From: Chitinophagales bacterium
GTDB taxonomy: Bacteria > Bacteroidota > Bacteroidia > Chitinophagales > S012-47
Assembly (NCBI GenBank): GCA_015487695.1
Contig: WFPF01000103.1
Location: 19,504 to 83,503 of the forward strand
Length of the DNA stretch: 64,000 nucleotides
Reading direction: 5' to 3'
In this document: piece after piece, positions 8,946-17,055 of the stretch
Layout of the letters: every line of letters begins with the position of its first letter
Position numbering within the stretch: position 1 is the first letter of the stretch
Notes under the pieces: model-generated
What the model saw: only the letters and a program-made list of their open reading frames with translations
What the model was told of the DNA's origin: nothing
Database searches by the model: none
Translations under genes and position numbers: made by a program

Positions 8946-9598
8946 GGATAGTGCGGATAGGCCATCTCACCCGCTTTTATCGCAACGGTCAGGGTGTTTT
9001 CTTCCGGAGGCACCGGGCAGGAATACTCATAACTGTACGCGCAGTAGGGGTTATACGCCTTGTTGAAGTCAATAATGAGGGTATCCGATTCGGGTATGCG
9101 GATATCCAGGTAGCGACCGCCCCCATAGCTCTGCCTTCCGCTTGTGGAGTCGCGAAAGGGAATGAAAAGATAATCCTGATAAGCATCTTGCTGAAGGAGA
9201 CGCAGGTTTTGAAATACCGTGAGTACCTGTTCTTCGCCCCGAATCTGAAAATGCACCCGCGCATAGGGGAGGTAAATGTCCTGAACCTCACCGGTCGACT
9301 CCATGCGGAAAGGCTGACCGTCCTCTATTCGCTCAAAGAAAGCCTTGACCCGGTAGCTGCTGTCAGGCGGGAAGTAGCGCAGCCCCGCAAATGTATCCAT
9401 GGCCGAAAGCGTGGGCAGGGGCGACTGCCCCGGAATTCGAAACAGAGAATCTTTCATCTCCCGCTCGCGCATTATCTCATGCAGGTAAGACCCTTGTTCC
9501 TGCTTTTCTTTTTTTTCGTTCTCACGGCAGGATACGATAAACAATCCCAGGATCAATATTGCCGGGAACACGAAGATTTTGGCAGGCATCATTTTCAT
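8942..9598 (-). CDS. DUF1684 domain-containing lipoprotein
   Basis: FRDSTSGRQSYGGGRYLD and DFNKAYNPYCAYSYEYSCPVPPEENTLTVAIKAGE match the DUF1684 signature as I recall it. The lipobox-like sequence is LFIVSC. Confidence 0.7.
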   Translation of the reverse strand: MKMMPAKIFVFPAILILGLFIVSCRENEKKEKQEQGSYLHEIMREREMKDSLFRIPGQSPLPTLSAMDTFAGLRYFPPDSSYRVKAFFERIEDGQPFRMESTGEVQDIYLPYARVHFQIRGEEQVLTVFQNLRLLQQDAYQDYLFIPFRDSTSGRQSYGGGRYLDIRIPESDTLIIDFNKAYNPYCAYSYEYSCPVPPEENTLTVAIKAGEMAYPHYP

Positions 9599-9809
9599 AA
9601 TTGCAAATTAGCAATTTGCCCTTTAAAAGCCATAAAGAGGCCCTTCCCTTAGCAACTTTTTCAGACTTTGCTGATCCAAAGCCCTCTCCTGATCACAATC
9701 GCAAGAGAAAAGAAGATCTATCGTTCCTCAGATCGCAAGGTTGTCAATACCTTTTGTTCCGAAGGCTTTTTATATTTAATACCCCGTTAAAATTCTGAAA
9801 ATCAAAATT

Positions 9810-12800
9810 ATGATCCGGTTCTCATCCTTTCTCTCTGCCTTTCTTCTCTATTTCTGCCTTGGCAGCACCCCCCTGCTCCATGCCCAAAGCCCATCGGAAG
9901 ATACGATCACCGTTCAAACCTTTACTTACGGCTCCCCGCTGAGGGGTTGGTTTCAGTTTCCTTCCGACAGCAACAGCTACCGCAAGGTCTGGCTCTACTA
10001 CAAGCTGAAATGCGACAAAGGCACTACGCAGGATAATTATCCCTGCGGAGAGTGGGATTACCTGACCTATACCTATCTCTACGAACATACCGGCCTGATG
10101 GACAGCACCCTATATTATCAACCGTCTTTCGAGGTGAAGGGAGCATCCCCCGATTCATTTGCCTATGTGAGAACCCCCGTTTGGACGCTGCGAAACCGCA
10201 GCGAAAAAGTAGCATCCATCAGCGATTCTCAGAATCTTTCACTTGTCGCATTGGGCAAAGCACAGGTAGCCGGCAATATACCCCTGAGCAGCAACCTTTC
10301 AGATGCCAGGTCTTTTTTTCTCTGGACCGCAGACGAACTTCTTGCAGCCGGGCTGCAGGCCGGGAATATCTATGGAATTGAGTTGCGTGTGGCCAATGTC
10401 GGAAGCCCCCTGCGCAAACTTCGCATCGGAGCAAGCCATAGCAGCATTGATTCCATTTATGCGGGTGTTTCGGGTCTCAATAACGGCATCACTCTCTATG
10501 AACGGAACACCACACTCAGCGATACGGGCTGGCATGCATTTCTTTTTGACACACCTTTCAACTGGGACGGACAGTCCAATATTCTTTTCTCCTTTTCATT
10601 CGACAATTATGCCCCCGGGCAGGCCAATCTCCTCTGGCTTGAAGATCAGGGGCATGGGAAGCATATTATCCGGGGAGGCACGGACCGCTTCCTTTTCTTT
10701 CGCGACAATGATTATGTAGAGGTGCCGGCTGCCGCTTTTGCTTCTCTTGATCAGCAAGTAAGTATCAGCATCTGGGTCAAAGGGAATCCCAATTTTCAAC
10801 CGCAGAACGACTATCTCTTCGAAGCCCGCAATGCAGCCGGGCAGCGTTTGCTCAATGTCCATTTCCCCTGGAGCAACGGACGCATATACTGGGATGCCGG
10901 AAATGACGGCAGCGGCTACGACCGTATTGACAAAGCAGCCACAACAACAGAAACAGAAGGAAAATGGAATCACTGGGTCTTTACCAAAGATGCCACATCA
11001 GGCATCATGCGGATTTATAAGAACGGAGTAAAATGGCATCAGGGCAGCGGAATGAAAAAATCGATGGCAGGTATCAGCACTTTCCTCCTGGGAGCCAATG
11101 CTTTTGCCGGTGGAAACTTTGACGGAGCAATTGACGAATTTGCTGTCTGGGACACCGTTCTTTCCGCGGATGATATTGCCCGGCTGAGCCACCAGCGTGT
11201 GGCAACGGCCAATCCTTCCCCTTCCCACCTGCTCGTCTATTATCCGTTTGATGACGACTCATACCCGCTGGCAAACGATCGATCGGGCAGGGCATTTCAC
11301 GGACGCATGTTCGGCCTTCCCGGTATTCATTCCTTTGCCGGAGAAGAATTAGAGCGCGACTTTGCCAGCGGATCCTTCCGGCCGGTAATCCGCTTTATTC
11401 AGGGAATATCGGGCATTCAGACGGACACTCGATATGTAATCGACAGCATGGCCCGCGATCCCTTGTCGCTTGTGCTTTACGGGTCGGCAACAAATCCGGC
11501 AAAAGCCAGCGACACGCTTATGGTCTGGGAGCCGGGTATGCAATACACCATAGCAGGCAACGGCCGGATTACAGACTCTGTGCCGGCCAATCCCGACACC
11601 ACAATATATCGAAGTGATGCGCCCTACTACGGAGCGCCATTCGAAGTAGTCAACCGCTACGAACTCCTGCGCTACATCACACCCTATGGCATAGGCCTGG
11701 ACCTGGGAGCACAGGGAGACGGAGAAGGGTTCACATGGAAAATTGACGTGACAGATTTTGCCCCCCTGCTTGCCGATTCGGTGGAGCTATCAGCCGGCAA
11801 CAATCAGGAGTTTCTGGATATGAAGTTTGTCATGATCAAGGGGACCCCACCGCGGGATGTCAAACGCATCAGAAATGTTTATACCGGTGGGCACCGCTAC
11901 AATGCCGCACTGGAAACCGAGTTTCTGGTGCCGAAAACATTCCAGACCCGCCAAGATGAAAAAGGAGCAAAACTGCGCATCACCAATACCGGTCACGGAT
12001 TCGGAGGAAACCGGAACTGTGCCGAATTCTGCCCGACCAACAACGACATCAAAGTGAACGGAAGCAAGCGCTACGGTCAATATCTCTGGCGCGACAACTG
12101 TGCCATGAACCCCGTATATCCGCAGGGGGGCACCTGGATTTACAGCCGCACCAACTGGTGCCCCGGTGCCGAAGTGTATGTAGATGAATATGAACTCACA
12201 CCGTTTTATACTCCCGGAGATGACTTGAGCATCGACTATGACATGGAAGCGGGATACAACTGGAACGGGCAGGGCTCTGCGCCTTACTGGCGCATCGAAG
12301 CGCAACTGATCACCTATGGCGAACCGAATTTCCGGAATGATGCGGAAATGGAGATGATCATCTCTCCGAACAAATGGGCTTACTACAAGCGCTTTAACCC
12401 CATCTGCTCCAATCCTGTCGTACGCATTCGCAACAGCGGCAGTGAGGTACTCAAAACGCTCACCCTGCGCTACGGAGTGGAAAACGGTGAGATGCACAGC
12501 TATCAGTGGAGCGGAAATCTGGAATTCATGGAAAGTGAGGAAGTGACCCTTCCGCTGGCCAACTTTGGCTCGTGGAGCGGGAACCCCGTATTTGTGGCCA
12601 GGACGGAAAACCCAAACGGAGTGGCAGACGAACACCCCCAAAACGATGAAATGAAGACCGAATTTGAGAAGGTCCCCGTTTATCCGGCTACCACCATCCT
12701 CTGGCTCCGGACCAATGCAGCCGGCAATGAAAGCCATTACAAAATCTTCGACCAGGATGGAAACGTGGTCAAGAGCGGGGATAACTTCAAATCCAATACT

Positions 12801-13271
12801 CTCTACAAAGACACCATCAGGCTTGACACAGGCTGCTACCGGCTGGTGCTTTACGACCGCGGTGGAGACGGCTTAAGTTTCTTTGCCAACAATGACGGAA
12901 ACGGATATGCCCGGCTCATGGATGGTTTCTCAACGCTACGGCAGTTTCAGCCCAACTTCGGGGCGCAAATTGCCCAGTCCTTTACCGTTGGTTATCCGAT
13001 GACGGTCGATGAAGGCCTAAAAGAGAAGCGATTCAGCGTCTTTCCCAATCCGGGCAATGGCGACATCTATATAAATCACAGCGGGAAGGCTCCTTTGAAA
13101 TACAGACTTCGGGTATATGACGCCAACGGGAGGCTGCTCATCACCCGCAGCATAGTGGCCACGGACCGGACGATTGAGCGGATACAGCTGGGTTCTTACG
13201 GAAAAGGCCTTTACCTGCTTCAGTTTGATGCTGATGATTACACAGAGGGTGTTCCGGTGATCATCCAATAA
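9810..13271 (+). CDS. Secreted multidomain protein: PNGase-F-related domains + LamG (concanavalin-like) domain + T9SS C-terminal sorting domain
   Basis: The signal peptide ends in LLHAQ. The LamG block runs DYVEVP...ISIWVKG...KWNHWVF...IYKNGV...GAIDEFAVWDTVLSADDI. A Cys-rich block, GFGGNRNCAEFCPTNN...WRDNCAMNPVYPQGGTWIYSRTNWCPG, resembles the PNGase F C-terminal domain. The C-terminus FSVFPNPGNGDIYIN...GLYLLQF is a T9SS type-A CTD. Confidence 0.7.
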   Translation: MIRFSSFLSAFLLYFCLGSTPLLHAQSPSEDTITVQTFTYGSPLRGWFQFPSDSNSYRKVWLYYKLKCDKGTTQDNYPCGEWDYLTYTYLYEHTGLMDSTLYYQPSFEVKGASPDSFAYVRTPVWTLRNRSEKVASISDSQNLSLVALGKAQVAGNIPLSSNLSDARSFFLWTADELLAAGLQAGNIYGIELRVANVGSPLRKLRIGASHSSIDSIYAGVSGLNNGITLYERNTTLSDTGWHAFLFDTPFNWDGQSNILFSFSFDNYAPGQANLLWLEDQGHGKHIIRGGTDRFLFFRDNDYVEVPAAAFASLDQQVSISIWVKGNPNFQPQNDYLFEARNAAGQRLLNVHFPWSNGRIYWDAGNDGSGYDRIDKAATTTETEGKWNHWVFTKDATSGIMRIYKNGVKWHQGSGMKKSMAGISTFLLGANAFAGGNFDGAIDEFAVWDTVLSADDIARLSHQRVATANPSPSHLLVYYPFDDDSYPLANDRSGRAFHGRMFGLPGIHSFAGEELERDFASGSFRPVIRFIQGISGIQTDTRYVIDSMARDPLSLVLYGSATNPAKASDTLMVWEPGMQYTIAGNGRITDSVPANPDTTIYRSDAPYYGAPFEVVNRYELLRYITPYGIGLDLGAQGDGEGFTWKIDVTDFAPLLADSVELSAGNNQEFLDMKFVMIKGTPPRDVKRIRNVYTGGHRYNAALETEFLVPKTFQTRQDEKGAKLRITNTGHGFGGNRNCAEFCPTNNDIKVNGSKRYGQYLWRDNCAMNPVYPQGGTWIYSRTNWCPGAEVYVDEYELTPFYTPGDDLSIDYDMEAGYNWNGQGSAPYWRIEAQLITYGEPNFRNDAEMEMIISPNKWAYYKRFNPICSNPVVRIRNSGSEVLKTLTLRYGVENGEMHSYQWSGNLEFMESEEVTLPLANFGSWSGNPVFVARTENPNGVADEHPQNDEMKTEFEKVPVYPATTILWLRTNAAGNESHYKIFDQDGNVVKSGDNFKSNTLYKDTIRLDTGCYRLVLYDRGGDGLSFFANNDGNGYARLMDGFSTLRQFQPNFGAQIAQSFTVGYPMTVDEGLKEKRFSVFPNPGNGDIYINHSGKAPLKYRLRVYDANGRLLITRSIVATDRTIERIQLGSYGKGLYLLQFDADDYTEGVPVIIQ

Positions 13272-13320
13272 GCTGCCCTGCAGGGTTTGAAAAAAGGAGC
13301 AACTTTATTCGGGTCTCCTG

Positions 13321-13857
13321 TCATTCCATCAGCTGATAGATATCGCGGAGATTGCGCGCAAGGCCATCATAGTCGAGGCCGTAGCCGATAATAAATTTAT
13401 TCGGAATATCGAAGCCCACGTAATCGACTTGCACTTCGTGGGTTCGTGCATCCGGTTTGTTGAGCAGTGTCATTACCTGCAGCGATGCAGGGTTGTGCTC
13501 TTCGATGGAGGGAAGAAGATTCGAGAGGGTTTTACCCGTATCCACAATGTCTTCCAGTACGATCACATCGCGATTTTTCAGGCTCTCATCCAGCCCGATC
13601 AGGCTTACGACCGTGCCCGTGGATGTGGTGCCTTTGTAGGATGCCAGCTTGACAAATGAAATGGCACAGGAAATATCGAGGTACTTAAAAAGATCGGCTG
13701 CAAACATGAAGGATCCATTCAGGATGGCCAGAAAAAGCGGCTCACGGTCGGCATAATCTTCGTTCACTCTGCGGGCAAGTTCGCGGATACGCACTTCTAT
13801 CTTGTCGTAGGAAATAAAAGGAGTAAATGCTCTGTCTCTGATCGTGATGTTCTTCAT
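13321..13857 (-). CDS. hpt: Hypoxanthine phosphoribosyltransferase
   Basis: It has the PRPP-binding motif VIVLEDIVDTGKTL and the typical ending of a 178-aa HPRT (IGYGLDYDGLARNLRDIY). Confidence 0.92.
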   Translation of the reverse strand: MKNITIRDRAFTPFISYDKIEVRIRELARRVNEDYADREPLFLAILNGSFMFAADLFKYLDISCAISFVKLASYKGTTSTGTVVSLIGLDESLKNRDVIVLEDIVDTGKTLSNLLPSIEEHNPASLQVMTLLNKPDARTHEVQVDYVGFDIPNKFIIGYGLDYDGLARNLRDIYQLME

Positions 13858-13861
13858 CCCA

Positions 13862-13869
13862 CAAATCTA
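13862..13869 (-). promoter_or_regulatory. -7 promoter box TAGATTTG, 4 nt upstream of the hpt ATG (13857)
   Basis: It is an exact TAnnTTTG match in the 14-nt gap between genes. The spacing implies a leaderless transcript. Confidence 0.45.
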
Positions 13870-13871
13870 AT

Positions 13872-15242
13872 TCATTCGCTCATTCCTACTATCAGGGTTT
13901 CCCCGGCTTTGATGGTATTGTCCTTCAGATTATTCCATTTTTTTATCTGCTCCACCTTTACTTCATACATTCTCGAGATGGCATACAGGGTCTGACCGGC
14001 TTCCACCGTATGATAAAGCCAGGTCTCTTTGTCCACAGGCGGCCTATCTGCCTCCTTATTGCCTGCGACCGGGACATCTGCTTCATTTGCAGGTTCCTCT
14101 TCCGCGGGATAGAGGTACTTCCCCTTTTCCTCTTTCAGGTCTTCGTAGGGGTCCTGCAGATTCGCTCTGCGTTGTGGCGTAATGGTATCCACTGCCGTGT
14201 CGGCCTCAATGCGCGGTGTCTCTTGCGTCAACGGCAGATCGCTCCCGGCTTCCTGCCCGGGCTCACCGGGTTGAATTTCTTTGCTTCGCAAGCGGGGCGG
14301 GCTTTTTCTTTTTCCCCGCAGGTAGATCGTCTCGCCTGCCAGGGGTTCTTCTCCCTCCTGCATTTTATTTCGTTCATACAGTTTCCCTAGCCGGACGGCA
14401 AATTTTTGCGAAATGGAATACATATCATCCTCTTCCTTCACCCGGTATTTCTTCCTGTTTCCCGATTTGCGCTTGGGTTGCAGATAGATGAAAGAACCCG
14501 TTACGGGCTCACGACCATCAGACAGGTCGTTGTAGCGCATCAGACGCCCGGGCCGGATCTCGTATGCCGCAGCAATGGAAGCGAGACTTGCCCCGGGCTG
14601 GAGTATCACATACTTTACGCGGTTGTTTTCAAAAATCCCCTTCGGATATTCCGTCCGGGGTTTTTCCTTGCCCGAAGCCACCGGATCATCGGGCAGGGGG
14701 CCGGGCTGATACACGAGCTGCGGGTCGGCAGCCGTATCAAAACGGTGCAGATCGTAGCGATCGATCAGGTCGATAAGAATGTGTGCATATTTCGGATTGG
14801 TGGCATAGCCCGCTTTCTTGAGCCCGTGGGCCCAATGTTTGTAGTCTGTGCGGCTGTATTCAAACAGAAAGGCATAGCGCGGACGGCTCATCAGAAACTC
14901 CGAATGGTCAATGTAGGATTGCATGGCATCCTCATATTTGCGAAAACACTCATTGGCCGCATCGTCATCCTCCCTGATAAAATCTCCGTTCCACTCATGG
15001 CATTTGATGCCGAAATGATTGTTTGCCTCCACCGCCAGGCGGCTGTTTCCCGATCCGCTTTCCAGGATGCCCTGAGCCAGTGTGATGCTGGCCGGAATTC
15101 CGGCACGATACATCTCACTTATCGCCACTTCTTTGTACAGGGCTATGTAGTCTTCGGTACGGAGCCCGCCCTGGGCCCCCAGCCCCGAAGCAGAAAGCAA
15201 AAGCAGAATAAAAGAAAGCAGGATGGAAGCAGATTTGTGCAT
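13872..15242 (-). CDS. Peptidoglycan hydrolase: N-acetylglucosaminidase domain + LysM repeats
   Basis: There is a signal peptide. The glucosaminidase motif is AQGILESGSGNSRLAVEANNHFGIKC. There are three LysM-like repeats (YVILQPGASLASIAAAY, YRVKEEDDMYSISQKF and HTVEAGQTLYAISRMY). Confidence 0.85.
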   Translation of the reverse strand: MHKSASILLSFILLLLSASGLGAQGGLRTEDYIALYKEVAISEMYRAGIPASITLAQGILESGSGNSRLAVEANNHFGIKCHEWNGDFIREDDDAANECFRKYEDAMQSYIDHSEFLMSRPRYAFLFEYSRTDYKHWAHGLKKAGYATNPKYAHILIDLIDRYDLHRFDTAADPQLVYQPGPLPDDPVASGKEKPRTEYPKGIFENNRVKYVILQPGASLASIAAAYEIRPGRLMRYNDLSDGREPVTGSFIYLQPKRKSGNRKKYRVKEEDDMYSISQKFAVRLGKLYERNKMQEGEEPLAGETIYLRGKRKSPPRLRSKEIQPGEPGQEAGSDLPLTQETPRIEADTAVDTITPQRRANLQDPYEDLKEEKGKYLYPAEEEPANEADVPVAGNKEADRPPVDKETWLYHTVEAGQTLYAISRMYEVKVEQIKKWNNLKDNTIKAGETLIVGMSE

Positions 15243-15246
15243 CTTA

Positions 15247-15254
15247 CAAAAATA
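15247..15254 (-). promoter_or_regulatory. -7 promoter box TATTTTTG, 4 nt upstream of ATG 15242
   Basis: It is an exact TAnnTTTG match. The gene has only one possible Met start, so the spacing implies a leaderless transcript. Confidence 0.5.
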
Positions 15255-15303
15255 AGCGGGCCATTGCCCTATCCAACTTTACTTGCACACGCCTTAGTAC
15301 CTG

Positions 15304-15945
15304 CTATACAATTTTTTGGGCAATATTCAGGCCGTCTCTCACAGGAAGCAATAAGGTGCTCACCCGCTTATCGGCCAATACTTTTTTGTTATAAGCATCC
15401 AGTGCAGCCGTCTGCTTGTCTTTTTCCTCCTTTGTCACTCTTCCGCTCCACAGCACATTGTCGGCAATGATAAGCCCCCCTTTGCGCACCCGGTCGATGA
15501 CCCGGTCAAAGTAATTTGAATAATTGCGTTTATCAGCATCAATAAAAACAAGGTCTATCTCTCCCTCAATCCCGGGGATCAGTTTGTCCGCTTCTCCGAG
15601 ACGGATTTCGATCTGCGAGGCAAAGCCCGCCTTTTCAAAAAAAGATTGGGCGATCTCCGTCACCCGCGGGTCCTTGTCCAGGGTGATTAGTTTGCCACCG
15701 GGGTGCAGCCCCTCGGCCAGGCATAGGGCCGAATAGCCGGTGTAGGTACCAATCTCGAGGATCAGCGAAGGGTTCAGAAGACGGCTAATCAAAGCCAGAA
15801 AGCGCCCCTGCATGTGCCCCGAAAGCATCTGCGGGCTGTGTACTTTCTCCCGTGTGAGGCGGCTCAATTCCGCCAATACGGCTGGCTCGGGTGAGCTGTG
15901 TTCTTCCGCGTAGGCCTGTATGGCCGGATCCATCCATTCCATCAT
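15304..15945 (-). CDS. Class I SAM-dependent O-methyltransferase (caffeoyl-CoA OMT family)
   Basis: It has the SAM-binding LEIGTYTGYSALCLA, DLVFIDADKRNY and GGLIIADNVLW motifs. Confidence 0.85.
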   Translation of the reverse strand: MMEWMDPAIQAYAEEHSSPEPAVLAELSRLTREKVHSPQMLSGHMQGRFLALISRLLNPSLILEIGTYTGYSALCLAEGLHPGGKLITLDKDPRVTEIAQSFFEKAGFASQIEIRLGEADKLIPGIEGEIDLVFIDADKRNYSNYFDRVIDRVRKGGLIIADNVLWSGRVTKEEKDKQTAALDAYNKKVLADKRVSTLLLPVRDGLNIAQKIV

Positions 15946-15966
15946 AATTCTATTATTTTATTATTT

Positions 15967-15974
15967 CAAAAATA
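15967..15974 (-). promoter_or_regulatory. -7 promoter box TATTTTTG, 21 nt upstream of ATG 15945
   Basis: It is an exact TAnnTTTG match in the divergent intergenic region. Confidence 0.5.
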
Positions 15975-16034
15975 GAAAAGAAGTGCCAAGGCAAAATAAA
16001 TGCCCCGGATCGGCTGTGCAGTCAATATTTTCAA

Positions 16035-16042
16035 TAATTTTG
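16035..16042 (+). promoter_or_regulatory. -7 promoter box TAATTTTG, 8 nt upstream of ATG 16051
   Basis: It is an exact TAnnTTTG match. It supports the trimmed start of the PorV/PorQ-like gene. Confidence 0.45.
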
Positions 16043-16050
16043 AGCCGTTC

Positions 16051-17055
16051 ATGTACAGACGTCTTTTGATCATATCGTTCCTGATTCTGAGCCCTTTGCT
16101 GCTGTTGAAGGCCCAGATTCTCCCGTCTTTTGGCGACAGCCGAACGGGCACAACCGGCTTTCAGTTTCTGAAGATCGGCCCTGATGCGCGATCAGCCGGC
16201 ATGGCCGAAAGTTATATCAGCACGGTGGACGATGTATCCGCCCTTTTCTGGAATCCGGCCGGCATTGCCGGTGTCGACACCTTCGACTGGCATTTTTCCG
16301 GTGGCCATAATCAATACTTCTCCGACATCTCTCTGCAGCATATCGGGGTGGTAAGGGCGCTCGGCTCCGACACCTATCTCGGGCTGGGAATGGTCTATCT
16401 CAATTCGGGCGATATGCCCGTCACCACGGAATTCATGCCCAAAGGAACGGGCCAGACTTTCCGGACTACGGACATGGCGCTCGGACTGACACTCGCCCGA
16501 AAACTTACCGATCAGTTTCAGTTTGGCATTACTTCCAAATACATCTACGAAGGTATTGCCGGAATCAACACACACGGGCTGGTTTTCGATTTCGGATTTC
16601 AATATGACGTAGGACTGGCCAACACCCACTTTGCCGTAGGTGTAAGCAACTTTGGATTCAATACCACCCCACGGGGAAGTATCGATAAATTGACCCTTGC
16701 AGGAAATACGCCCGTCAGCGATTTTGAATCCATTTCCATTCCTTCGGTCTTCCGTTTGGGCTTCTCCTGGGATCCTGTTTTGAATGAGCGCAATCGCTGG
16801 ACACTGGCCCTGCAGCTCAATCATCCGACCGACAACAACGAAACCCTCGGCATCGGTACGGAATACTTCTGGAATCACCTGCTCTATCTGCGGGCGGGAT
16901 ACCTTCTCGGAGTAGATGAATCCGGTCTTCCTTCGTTTGGATTCGGCATCGACCTTAAAAGAAACTTCGGCAGCTTGCGGTTTGACTATGGCTACCTGCA
17001 CAAAACACGACTGGGCATGAGCCACCGCTTCACCATGGGAATATCACTGCGATGA
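16051..17055 (+). CDS. PorV/PorQ family outer membrane protein (T9SS-associated beta-barrel)
   Basis: I trimmed it to MYRRLLIISFLILSPLLLLKAQ. The N-terminal signature TTGFQFLKIGPDARSAGMAESYISTVDDVSALFWNPAGIA matches the PorV/PorQ family. The barrel ends in ..FTMGISLR. Confidence 0.7.
   Translation: MYRRLLIISFLILSPLLLLKAQILPSFGDSRTGTTGFQFLKIGPDARSAGMAESYISTVDDVSALFWNPAGIAGVDTFDWHFSGGHNQYFSDISLQHIGVVRALGSDTYLGLGMVYLNSGDMPVTTEFMPKGTGQTFRTTDMALGLTLARKLTDQFQFGITSKYIYEGIAGINTHGLVFDFGFQYDVGLANTHFAVGVSNFGFNTTPRGSIDKLTLAGNTPVSDFESISIPSVFRLGFSWDPVLNERNRWTLALQLNHPTDNNETLGIGTEYFWNHLLYLRAGYLLGVDESGLPSFGFGIDLKRNFGSLRFDYGYLHKTRLGMSHRFTMGISLR

Noticed and set aside
9601-9798. A 65-aa ORF with a TTG start fills the intergenic region between the DUF1684 gene and the PNGase-like gene.
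   Set aside because: It has a non-ATG start, no promoter box and no motif. It spans a divergent promoter region that also contains a palindrome and an ATCGCAAG direct repeat (9698-9705 and 9732-9739). It is more likely regulatory DNA than coding sequence.
13272-13320. A possible terminator lies between the convergent PNGase-like gene and hpt (CCCTGCAGGG palindrome; AGGAG..CTCCT).
   Set aside because: The 10-bp palindrome leaves no loop. The alternative stem is only 5 bp with a 15-nt loop and has no U-tract. This is not convincing.
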